DNA of 64,000 nt from Eutreptiella sp. 'Long Island Sound 2002' (lineage: Eukaryota > Protista > Euglenida). Below, in pieces: positions 1 through 9,432 of this stretch (its first letter is position 1; the number at the start of each line of letters is the position of its first letter). A program made the position numbers and the translations under genes. Under the pieces are notes generated by a model, which did not search any database, was not told the DNA's origin, and saw only the letters and a list, made by a program, of their open reading frames with translations. Where the stretch lies: positions 166,036,001-166,100,000 of the forward strand of contig OZ038378.1 of assembly GCA_964036045.1 (NCBI GenBank), in the 5' to 3' direction.

Positions 1-109
1 GTTCAAAAAATGGGCCTGAAACGATGTTGCGCCAGGCATTAGCACCGAGGGGCAAGGGTCGGGACCACGGGGATGGCCGAACCAACGAGTCCTGCAAGTC
101 CTGCACAGC

Positions 110-511
110 ATGAAAGAGGCCCGACAGATAAAGGATTTCCCGCGACTTAAATTTCTGCAGCAGGACCTTCACAGTCTGGCCTCGCAGATGAGTGTACCAC
201 TGTACTCCGTAGGCAGTATCATCGTCCCGAATCTGCAGCCATCTCAGAAAAGTGCTATTCACAGAGTCACCCGAAAAATGATTGCTTCTGTTGCCAGCCC
301 CGCATGGGAAAAACAGGCCCTGGCTAAGGCCATACGGGTCGTCCGCAGTAGCCCTGTAAACGTCCGCCGCGTTTTTGAGCAACACGCTCGGCGATTCGAT
401 AAGTTAGGCGACCAGCCCCCATGCAAGTGTCTCACAGCACCAAAATTCCCGGGGGTCTCCACAGTCATCGATGGACACATAGCGTACACACCACTGTGGG
501 TGCCTACCTGA
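110..511 (+). CDS. PLE linker region with CxC motif, in frame with the downstream RT ORF
   Basis: RRVFEQHARRFDKLGDQPPCKC...IDGHIAYTP. TGA at 509-511 is followed by 27 open in-frame codons up to the ATG at 593. Confidence 0.6.
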   Translation: MKEARQIKDFPRLKFLQQDLHSLASQMSVPLYSVGSIIVPNLQPSQKSAIHRVTRKMIASVASPAWEKQALAKAIRVVRSSPVNVRRVFEQHARRFDKLGDQPPCKCLTAPKFPGVSTVIDGHIAYTPLWVPT

Positions 512-592
512 GACACCTATGCCCGTCCCAACGACCCCCTACCCCTCAGCGGCTCCTCCGTCCGCTCCCACCTCCTCTCTGACCTGAAAAAG

Positions 593-2353
593 ATGGCGGA
601 TCAAATCGGTGCATGTCTTCCACCCCTCGAACTCATGCTCCCAGACTCCCTGTGGCCAGAGACGGGCCACAAGCTTACGCAAGTCAGGAAATTTGCCAAG
701 TCGGTCTGTCAGTCCCACTATGTCCGCATCGTCGACAAGGGGGTGGGAGTCCTATGGGCATTCTGCCGCCACTGGGTATGGGGCATCATCCAACAGTTCC
801 TGAAGAGCGAAGGCTACACCCCGTCCCCTAAAACGTTGCCCCAAGCCATGGCCTTCGTCTCTGCAGAGCTCGACGCCAGAGGCTGGGACCGCAACACAGC
901 CGGTCAACTTCCCCTCCTCTATCTCCTGGGCAAATTCAAATCACTGGCTAAGGGTAAATGGCTCTGGCGCGGCATTACCTCCCTCCCCCAACCCCTGCTA
1001 CCCAAAAAATCGCTGCGCATCGCCGCACGGGCCAACACAGCCTTCCTCCGACTCCTGTGCCAAGAAGTCCCCTGCTGTTTTCTAGCTCAGAGCATCTCAG
1101 AAGTAAGCCAATGGTTCCACTGGTTAGACACGATAAACGCCCGGTTCATTAGTGAGGTGGATTGCAAGGACCAATTCAATAATATATGCCCCACAGACAT
1201 AGAATCGCACCTGACGGCAGCCAGCAAGTGGCTCGCCAAACGCCGCAAGTGGCGCATGACAGATATTGAGTGGTCCATTCACAAAGACTCCAAAATGCTC
1301 GACAGAGCGGGACGGGCAAAAGCAACGAAATTCTGGTACATCACCCACGCCCAAATGTCAGACACAATCACGTTTGAAATGCACTGCAATAACTTCATCA
1401 GAGCAGTGGGAGGGTTATGGTGCCGCCACGGTTGCATTCCAATGGGCGGTTCTTTTTCAGCCCAGGCAGCCGATCTGCACAACCTATGGCAGGTATATTC
1501 AAATCGCCACCTCCTGCGCCGCCTAGGCTCCCTCACTGTTTCCGAGGCAGGGTTCCCCTACTGGGAGTCCCCGCAGGGGATAACCGCCCTATGTCAATTT
1601 AGAGACAACATCCTGATTGCCACCACCAACCCAGACACCACCTCCCACCCCATCGTCTCTACAGTGTGTAACCTGCTTGGCGAGGCATGGAACCTGGATG
1701 TGCTCTGTGAGTGTATGTCGGGGCCAGGGGACCCCTGCAAACATCACTGCCACTCAGCGTCCACCACAGCCCTCGGCTTTGACATGATTCGGGGGGAAAC
1801 GGGTAAAGGACTAGCGTACCTACACCCCAGCGCGCTCTCATCAACCTGGAGTTTGAAGAGTGCACCCCCCCTCCTGTCCCCTGCAAGCGCCTATCCCGCT
1901 TACCTGCCGGGTATCATGACGGGCGCTTTGAGCAATGCACGCCCTTGGGCCACGACATGGGCAGGGGAGCTGCTGTCCCTCTCTGCTTGGTTACAGATAG
2001 CGCTTCTTAGCGGGTATGCATTGCCACAGGTCACCAGGGCGGCACACTCAGCGGTCACGCGGGGCCTGTCTACCAGCCCCAACGACCATACAGCCACAAC
2101 CCGCTACCTGTACACGGTTCGCCACCTCCTCCCCATGCCACACTGCTGCCACCTCACCTTGTGCGCCGCGTGGCTGCGGCGTCATGCACACTGGGCGGGG
2201 GACAGCTACAGCAGTTGGCACCTGGACCCATCCCTGTCACCAGACGGAACCACGGGCTTCTGGTGCGGAGATTGGGAAATCCTCCACCTCCACGCCGCCA
2301 AAATTAAACCCAGCAACCATGATTGCCCCCCTTGGGAGACCATGTGTGTGTAA
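593..2353 (+). CDS. Penelope-like reverse transcriptase (586 aa portion)
   Basis: RT motifs as above. The paralogous C-terminal half at 5654-6376 keeps its frame and shows many synonymous changes. Confidence 0.75.
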   Translation: MADQIGACLPPLELMLPDSLWPETGHKLTQVRKFAKSVCQSHYVRIVDKGVGVLWAFCRHWVWGIIQQFLKSEGYTPSPKTLPQAMAFVSAELDARGWDRNTAGQLPLLYLLGKFKSLAKGKWLWRGITSLPQPLLPKKSLRIAARANTAFLRLLCQEVPCCFLAQSISEVSQWFHWLDTINARFISEVDCKDQFNNICPTDIESHLTAASKWLAKRRKWRMTDIEWSIHKDSKMLDRAGRAKATKFWYITHAQMSDTITFEMHCNNFIRAVGGLWCRHGCIPMGGSFSAQAADLHNLWQVYSNRHLLRRLGSLTVSEAGFPYWESPQGITALCQFRDNILIATTNPDTTSHPIVSTVCNLLGEAWNLDVLCECMSGPGDPCKHHCHSASTTALGFDMIRGETGKGLAYLHPSALSSTWSLKSAPPLLSPASAYPAYLPGIMTGALSNARPWATTWAGELLSLSAWLQIALLSGYALPQVTRAAHSAVTRGLSTSPNDHTATTRYLYTVRHLLPMPHCCHLTLCAAWLRRHAHWAGDSYSSWHLDPSLSPDGTTGFWCGDWEILHLHAAKIKPSNHDCPPWETMCV

Positions 2354-2393
2354 CCCATGAATGTGCATGTTTGTGCCACAGACATGTAAGAGG

Positions 2394-2548
2394 CCTGGAG
2401 TGGACCAGTGGTCAGCGGCATAGACTCGTCTGCCTATAGCGGAGGTTCGAATCCTCCTATCGTCGTAAACACACCACCACCCCCTACAACAGCACACGCG
2501 GCCAGCGGGTCCACGGGCACCGGCAGCGGGCGGTGCGCCTCGCTTTTT
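2394..2548 (+). ncRNA. tRNA-like Pol III unit R1 (copy 1): A box, perfect T-arm, T5 terminator
   Basis: TGGACCAGTGG A box; GGAGG-TTCGAAT-CCTCC T-arm at 2441-2457; TTTTT at 2544-2548. No acceptor stem, so it is SINE-like rather than a tRNA. Confidence 0.55.
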
Positions 2549-2589
2549 CAGGCAACCCCCCCAAACCCCCGGCCCCCTACGCGCGCCGC

Positions 2590-2790
2590 AAAAAACGCAC
2601 CACCGCCCCCTCCGGCAGCGCGCGCCGCTTGCGCGTCTTGAAGCCCGGCAGCGTGGCGAGGGGGGCGCATTCGCTGCAGCCGGGCACCTGCAGCGAGTCT
2701 TCTCTTCGGCAGTGCAGCCACGCGCACAGCGGGAATTGAACCGGCGCCTTCACGGCACGAGCCCGGCGATTCAACCGCTGGGGTAGCACT
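2590..2790 (-). ncRNA. tRNA-like Pol III unit R2 (copy 1), minus strand, T6 terminator
   Basis: Minus strand reads GTGCTACCCAGCGGTTGAATC...GGTTCAATTCC (B box). The A6 run at 2590-2595 is T6 on the minus strand. Confidence 0.5.
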
Positions 2791-2930
2791 CACCAAAGCC
2801 ACAAAAAGCACCATGCACGCATACCAACACAGCGACACCCCACGATGTGCGCCACAAAGCGACAGCGAAAAGCGTCGGATTCACTAACCATGACGGGCCC
2901 CTTGGAGTCTGTGTGTGTGTGTGTGTGTGA

Positions 2931-3242
2931 GCGGGTGGTTACACCCGTCTCCCGCTAAGTACCTCCAGAGTAGACATGTAAGTAGCGCTGCGGTTTTCAA
3001 CAGATCATACAATCATTGGCTAGACAGGGCCAGACAGTGGGCAGGGTCTGTGGTGATCAGCGCACAATGCACTGTGAGAACAAACTCCTCTTCACCGTCA
3101 CCCCTGTCGCAGAAAGGACCTTGCCTACCTTTTTGTTAATGGCCTGATGAAATTGTCTCGGTGACCAGTGCTCTGCCTTCGCTTGCTTTCGTCTTCACTG
3201 ACGTTGTGCCCCGCGTTTGGTCCCCACTGGTTTTCCCGCACA

Positions 3243-3245
<3 letters not shown>
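2931..3245 (+). repeat. Non-coding module A (copy 1) between (GT)n tracts
   Basis: Starts with a GGGTG-GTTA-CACCC hairpin and ends AAG|(TG)n. Homologous to 6930-7244. Confidence 0.8.

Positions 3246-3281
<36 letters not shown>
3245..3281. repeat. (GT)n microsatellite
   Basis: Pure GT dinucleotide run. Confidence 0.95.
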
Positions 3282-3282
<1 letters not shown>

Positions 3283-3722
3283 CTGGGTGGTTACACCCAT
3301 GGCCAGCGAAGGTGAGGGCCGTGTGACCAGCTGTGCGTGCATGCGTGTTCTGCTGTCTTGCGACCGGACCCTTGGTGCAGCGACTTACCCCTCCGTGATG
3401 ATGGCGATGTCAGTGAGACGTCACACCAAGGTGCTCGCCATTGGAGAGGGATGACTCGGGCAAACCCGAGTGGGAGTGAGTCCCGAGCACCGGTCATCTG
3501 CAATGCTGTTGTCTGTTCCTGCTACTCTCTTGTGTATGTGTGAACGTGTGTCTGTGAATCCGACTTACAGCACCACTGCTGTCAGTCGACTGCTCGTCTG
3601 AGGGCCAGCATTTTTTGCTCCTCTGATGAGGATGCTGGAGACTTGTACCCACAGTGCCTCCCGGTGCATTTGTATCCACATTGGTTATCTGTTGGTTCTT
3701 TTTCCCTTCACTATCACTCAGT
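3281..3722 (+). repeat. Non-coding module B (copy 1)
   Basis: Near-identical to 5022-5462 and starts with the same GGGTGGTTACACCC hairpin as module A. Confidence 0.85.
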
Positions 3723-4519
3723 CTGTGGTCTGCTGTTGGCACACCCCCGTGACCGTTCGGCAGTGAAATGTTTGGTGCTCAATGCTCCGTTTTTTTCATC
3801 TTTCAGTTTCCTCTTTCTGCACCCTGTTGTATGCCGCACATCTTCGGTACCTTTTTCTCTCCCCCCCAATATACGGTTATGCACTGGAGTACTCCCCAGG
3901 CGAAAATGAGGTTTGCTGGCACCAACTGCTATCTGCCGCTCTGGACACCACCTGTACTGTACTGAGGCTATATCCCGGGTGTGTTTGACACGGCTACGTG
4001 TCGGCCGGGTGGGACCCCCCAGGGAGTGCCGGGGGAGTGAAAGTATGGATTGCTGCCACCAACTGCTACCTGCCGTCAGTGTTTAATTTGTACCTTCATG
4101 GCTTCCTACTCTTCCTCTGAGCCCGGATTTGTAGACCCCTCCACAGTTCCCCTAGTGCCGGAACGTTTGGGCAGACACTGGTTTTATGTGCTACGGCGTG
4201 CGTTCAGTGCTGTTATGCACACTGCTCTGACTGCAGTCCATGCGTACACTACACCATGCGGTGCACTAGGCCGTGTAAGGGGGCATGGGGCTTTGTGCAC
4301 TCGCCCGCGGCTTTACAGGTGGGGGGCTCGAGTCGCCCATCCAGGTGCATCGTAGGGAGTACTGTACTCAGCGAGCTCATGTCCTGTTTTTCCTTTTTTC
4401 AACCCTATAGAGCCTTACTTACTGTAGCCACCGAGGACGTGTTTTCAGGCTCAACACGGAGGTGGCAGTGTGCTTGAGTGTGTGTGTGTGGGTGAATGCA
4501 CGCAATGCAGGGTAAGAGG

Positions 4520-4670
4520 CGTGGAGTGGTCCAGTGGTCAGAAACATAGACTCGTGAGCCTATAGCGGAGGTTCGATCCCTCCTGTCGTCTTAAACGCAC
4601 CACCGCCCCCTACAACAGCACACGCGGCAACCGGGTCTACCGGCAGCGGGAGGTGCGCCTCGCTATTTTT
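4520..4670 (+). ncRNA. tRNA-like Pol III unit R1 (copy 2)
   Basis: TGGTCCAGTGG A box; GGAGG-TTCGATC-CCTCC T-arm; TTTTT at 4666-4670. Confidence 0.55.
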
Positions 4671-4700
4671 CATTCGCCCCCAACCCCCGACGCAAGCCAC

Positions 4701-4898
4701 AAAAAACGCACCACCGCCCCCTCCGGCAGCGCGCGCGGCTTACGGGTCTTGAAGCCCGGCAGCGTGGGGAGGGGGGCGCATTCACTGCAGCCGGGCACCT
4801 GCAGTCTTCTCTTCGGCAGTGCAGCCATGCGCACAGCGGGAATCGAACCGGCGCCTTCACGGCACGAGCCCGGTGATTCAACCGCTGGGGTAGCACAC
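4701..4898 (-). ncRNA. tRNA-like Pol III unit R2 (copy 2)
   Basis: GGTTCGATTCC B box on the minus strand (4838-4850 region); A6 at 4701-4706. Confidence 0.55.
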
Positions 4899-4967
4899 AC
4901 CACAGCCACATACACAAGCGTGCACGCATACCGACACAGGCACGATATAGGACACTCCAGCAAAACG

Positions 4968-4969
<2 letters not shown>

Positions 4970-5022
<53 letters not shown>
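4970..5022. repeat. (GT)n microsatellite
   Basis: Pure GT run. Confidence 0.95.
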
Positions 5023-5023
<1 letters not shown>

Positions 5024-5462
5024 CTGGGTGGTTACACCCATGGCCAGCGAAGGTGAGGGCCGTGTGACCAGCTGTGCGTGCATGCGTGTTCTGCTGTCTT
5101 GCGACCGGACCCTTGGTGCAGCGACTTACCCCTCCGTGATGATGGCGATGTCAGTGAGACGTCACACCAAGGTGCTCGCCATTGGAGAGGGATGACTCGG
5201 GCAAACCCGAGTGGGAGTGAGTCCCGAGCACCGGTCATCTGCAATGCTGTTGTCTGTTCCTGCTACTCTCTTGTGTATGTGTGAACGTGTGTCTGTGAAT
5301 CCGACTTACAGCACCACTGCTGTCAGTCGACTGCTCGTCTGAGGGCCAGCATTTTTTGCTCCTCTGATGAGGATGCCGGAGACTTGTACCCACAGTGCCT
5401 CCCGGTGCATTTGTATCCACATTGGTTATCTGTTGGTTCTTGTTCCCTTCACTATCACTAAG
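5022..5462 (+). repeat. Non-coding module B (copy 2)
   Basis: Near-identical to 3281-3722; ends AAG|(TG)n. Confidence 0.85.
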
Positions 5463-5653
5463 TGTGTGTGTGTGTGTATGTGTGTGTGTGTGTGTGTGCG
5501 TGTATGTGTGTGTATGTGTGTATGTTTGTGCGTGTGTGTGTGTGTATGTGTGTGTGTGTGCGTGTGTGTGTATGTGTGTGTGTGTGTGTGCTCGCGCGCG
5601 CGCGCGTGTGTTTGTGTGTGTGTGTGTGTATGTGTGTGTGTGTGTGTGTGTGT
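5462..5653. repeat. Imperfect (GT)n microsatellite
   Basis: GT run with AT/GC interruptions. Confidence 0.95.
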
Positions 5654-6436
5654 CCCGACACCCCATCCCACCCCATCGTTTCCATAGTGTGTAGCCTGCT
5701 GGGCGAGGCGTGGGGCCTGGATGTGCTCTGTGAGTGTATGTCAGGCCCAGGGGACACCTGCAAACATCGCTGCCACTCAGCGTCCACAACAGCCCTCGGT
5801 TTTGACATGATTCGCGGGGAAACGGGTAAGGGACTGGCGTATCTGCACCCCAGCGCGCTCTCATCAACCTGGAGTTTGAAAAGTGCACCCCCCCTCCTAT
5901 CTCCTGCAAGCACCTATCCTGCCTACCTCCCGGGTATCATGACGGGCGCCCTGAGCAATGCACGCCCTTGGGCCACGACATGGGCAGGGGAGCTGCTGTC
6001 CCTCTCCGCTTGGTTACAAATAGCCCTTCTCAGCGGGTATGCATTGCCACAGGTCACCAGAGCGGCACACTCAGCAGTCACTAGGGGCCTGTCTACAAGC
6101 CCCAACGACCACACGGCAACTGTCCGCTACCTCTACATGGTTCGCCAACTCCTCCCCATGCCACACTGTTGCCACCTCACGCTGTGCGCCGCGTGGCTGC
6201 GACGACATGCACACTGGGCGGGGGACAGCTACAGTAGTTGGCAATTGGATCCATCCCTGTCACCAGACGGCACCACAGGTTTCTGGTGCGGGGACTGGGA
6301 CATCCTCCAGCTCCACGCCGCCAAAGTTAGACACGGAAACCATGACTGCCCCCCTTGGGAGTCTGTGTGTGTGTAGTTCGATAACGTCCGTACATGTGCA
6401 TGTTTGTGCCACTGACACGCAGTGTGGGGTAAGAGG

Positions 6437-6587
6437 CCTGGAGTGGTCCAGAGGTCAGAGACATAGACTCGTGAGCCTATAGCGGAGGTTCGATCCCTCC
6501 TGTCGTCATAAACGCACCACCGCCCCCTACAACAGCACACGCGGCACCGGGTCTACCGGCAGCGGGAGGTGCGCCTCGCTACTTTTT
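6437..6587 (+). ncRNA. tRNA-like Pol III unit R1 (copy 3)
   Basis: TGGTCCAGAGG A-box variant; GGAGG-TTCGATC-CCTCC T-arm; TTTTT at 6583-6587. Confidence 0.5.
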
Positions 6588-6617
6588 CATGCAACCCCAA
6601 CCCCCGACACAAGCCAC

Positions 6618-6810
6618 AAAAAACGCACCACCGCCCCCTCCGGCAGCGCGCGCGGCTTACGGGTCTTGAAGCCCGGCAGCGTGGGGGGCGCATTCACTGC
6701 AGCCGGGCACCTGCAGTCTTCTCTTCGGCAGTGGGGCCACGCGCACAGCAGGAATCGAACCGGCGCCTTCACAGCACAAGCCCGGTGATTCAACCGCTGG
6801 GGTAGCACAC
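6618..6810 (-). ncRNA. tRNA-like Pol III unit R2 (copy 3)
   Basis: GGTTCGATTCC on the minus strand; A6 at 6618-6623. Confidence 0.5.
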
Positions 6811-6929
6811 ACCACAGCCACATACACAAGCGTGCACGCATACCGACACAGGTGGGATATAGGACACCTCAGCAAATGTTAGACCCGGTAACCATGACTG
6901 CCCCCCCTTGGGAGTCTGTGTGTGTGTGG

Positions 6930-7241
6930 GCGGGTGGTTACACCCGTCTCCAGAGAAGCCCCCAGAGTAGACATGTAAGTAGCGCTGCGTTCCTCAACAT
7001 CTCTTACACTCATTGGCTAGACAGGGCCAGACAGTGAGCAGGGTCATCAGTGATCAGTACTGCATTGCACTGTGATAACACGACTCCTCTTCGCCGTCAC
7101 TCCTGTCGCAGAAAGGACCTTGCCTACCTTTTTGTTAATGGCCCGATGAAATTGTTTCGGTGACCAGTGCTCTGCCTTCGCTTGCTTTCGTCTTCACTGA
7201 CGTTGTGCCCCGCGTTCGGTCCCCCCTGGTTTTCCCGCACG

Positions 7242-7244
<3 letters not shown>
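6930..7244 (+). repeat. Non-coding module A (copy 2)
   Basis: Homologous to 2931-3245; ends AAG|(TG)n. Confidence 0.8.
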
Positions 7245-7550
<306 letters not shown>

Positions 7551-8210
7551 TGCATGCGCGCATGCACCTGATTACAGCAGTATTTCAACCTTTGCGCTCC
7601 TGTCCGTTGCATGCGGGAGACTTTGGGCCTTCAGCGCTTCATCTTTTCTTTCCTGTACTGTACGTTCTGTGTGCACGTTTGCCTCGGATTCAAATGATAT
7701 TTGCTAAGTTTGGCTGGGTATCTCCCTCGTCATTTCGTTGTGGGGAGAAGGAGCGGATGTACACAAGGTGGGGGTCCTGTTTTCCCCTTTCCGGATCCTG
7801 ATGAGCGCTGGCCACAGACGCGCACACAATGCGAAATCACCGAACACCAACACCCAGCAGGCAACAGGGCACGGCAATGCAACTTGTAAGGCTACAGAAC
7901 ATGGAGCGTAAAAACAGACCCTGGGCTAGAAGCCTTTCTGAGTGGCACGGAGAGCGGCAGCACAGTCCGCTCTTCTTCCTCGGAAGGACTCCCCCCCGTC
8001 CCCCAATGCGCACAAGCGAAGGAGCCGAAAAAGATTTCGCGAATTTCGACACAACTGCCGGTTGCAGTCCACCAGTGTTGGCGGTTTTGCCGCCAGCGCA
8101 CCCTGCGTTGATCCTGCTGTTTGGCGCATCGAGCCGTGCGCGTGCGCTACCCACATCGGTCCCGGCTCTGCGGTGCGCATAGCTCGTCCATGCGCTCGTC
8201 ACCCGTTCAG

Positions 8211-8510
8211 GTGTTCCCTGTGTTCGTCAATACGCTGCCGTTAAGGCAGGATTGGCAGGAGAACCCCATCGTGTACCGCACGCTGTGCCATCTGATGATG
8301 CACGTGCCCGACAAGCTCATGCCGCACATGGCCACTGTGCTGAAGCTCTGCGCATATGCGCTGAAGGCCCCCGAGAACGAAGTGTCGGCCGAAGTGAAGG
8401 CTGGGATCGCCCCGGTGTTGAAGCAGTTGCTGCAAGGGAACGAGGCGGTGCAGCAACACGCGTCCCAGATGTCCGCAGAGGACCAGGCGGTGTTGCGGCA
8501 GCTGCTGTAG
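8211..8510 (+). CDS. IPO4: Terminal exon of an importin-4-like karyopherin beta
   Basis: Follows the acceptor ccgttcag|. VFPVFVNTLPLRQDWQENPIVY...EDQAVLRQLL* resembles the IPO4/Kap123 C-terminus (LPLKEDxEE, terminal HEAT helices). Upstream exons are outside the window. Confidence 0.7.
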   Translation: MFPVFVNTLPLRQDWQENPIVYRTLCHLMMHVPDKLMPHMATVLKLCAYALKAPENEVSAEVKAGIAPVLKQLLQGNEAVQQHASQMSAEDQAVLRQLL

Positions 8511-9363
8511 TTACCGTGCAACCGTGTCGGTTGCCCTCCGGTCGCCGTCCCTGGCACTCCAGCCAATCGGTTTCTTTGCCGCGGCCCTGTAGCACCCAGA
8601 GTACCAGAGTGGAAAAGAGGCAAGACGAGGAAGCGGGGGTCTGGCGGCCACGGATGGTCTTTTATGGCTGAGGACGAGGAGGATGAGCGGGGCTGCGCCG
8701 GAGGGGGAGGGAGGCTGCACGGGGCTTGCAAGAGCGGCTGCAGCAGCGGTCATTGGCGGCTGGAAAGCGGTTTGGGTAGCCATGCTGGCGGTTGCAAGAC
8801 GGTTGGCAATGGGGTGCGCACAGAAGCGGTTGGGGCGGAACTGATAGTCATGGTCGACAGGGGGCGGGGGTCTCCGACACCCCCTTCAAGCGCAGGCCTG
8901 AGGGTGAGGCCGCAGAAGAGGGAAGGGCGGAGGAGGCCCAGATAAATCGTTTTTATTGCTGAGGAGTGAACAGGGGGCTCGAAGGGACTATTTGGCGCCC
9001 GCACTGGTCAGCGAAGTGTGCACAGGAGGTGCACGGGGCTACAAGTCCATATCATGATGCCCGCACTCTGTGCTCTGCACGTTGTGCATTCTCACGGGGC
9101 ACCCTGAGCACAGGCGGGTGATGCAGTCCAGTGATCCGTCCGACTTGACTGTCGTTCGCGACAACGATCCGCTGCACGCACCCTCACCCCCGATCTTTGA
9201 ACGGAACGTGCGGTCCATGTGCGTGTGGAGAGCCGTCTGGGGCGCGTGGTGTGTGTCATGGCATCATTGACGACAGGCGTTGGTCATTGCGTTGGTCATT
9301 TTGCTTGTACTCTGCTTGCACCCTTAGGGCACACTACTACTGCCCCCCCCCCCCCCGCCCCCC

Positions 9364-9432
9364 TCCCACCACCACCACCACCACCACCACCACCACCACC
9401 ACCACCACCACCACCACCACCACCACCACCAC
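9364..9432. repeat. (CCA)n trinucleotide microsatellite
   Basis: Pure CCA run. Confidence 0.95.

Larger units (their letters stand above)
1..2929 (+). mobile_element. Penelope-like retroelement (Naiad/Chlamys-type, N-terminal-EN clade), copy 1; 5' part lies outside the window
   Basis: One reading frame from 2 to 2353, broken only by two TGA codons. It has the PPCKC (CxC) linker and GHI motif, then RT motifs A (EVDCKDQF), B' (IPMGGSFSAQAADL), C (QFRDNIL) and E (ALGFDM). It ends in (GT)n. The GIY-YIG domain is not visible in the window. Confidence 0.7.
5654..6928 (+). mobile_element. Penelope-like element copy 2, 5'-truncated just after RT motif C, inserted in (GT)n
   Basis: 5654-6376 aligns with 1631-2353 (open frame, about 20 aa differences over about 240 aa by eye). 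It is followed by the same 3' cassette and a repeat of the ORF end. Confidence 0.8.

Noticed and set aside
2394-2465. R1 and R2 heads as true tRNA genes (e.g. Thr-CGT)
   Set aside because: No acceptor-stem pairing and imperfect anticodon stems; they are treated as SINE-like Pol III heads.
2640-2700. HDV-like ribozyme in R2 (GCCCGGC/GCCGGGC pairing, CCTCGC)
   Set aside because: P3, P1.1 and J4/2 cannot be formed and the CCTCGC is absent from copies 2 and 3; it is a simple bulged hairpin.
3140-3215. Hammerhead ribozyme in module A (CTGATGA; GTC-AGTGAA-GAC-GAAA on the minus strand)
   Set aside because: The CUGANGA and GAAA halves are on opposite strands, and copy 2 has CCGATGA.
3620-3680. Hammerhead ribozyme in module B (CTGATGAG)
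   Set aside because: No GAAA after the putative stem II.
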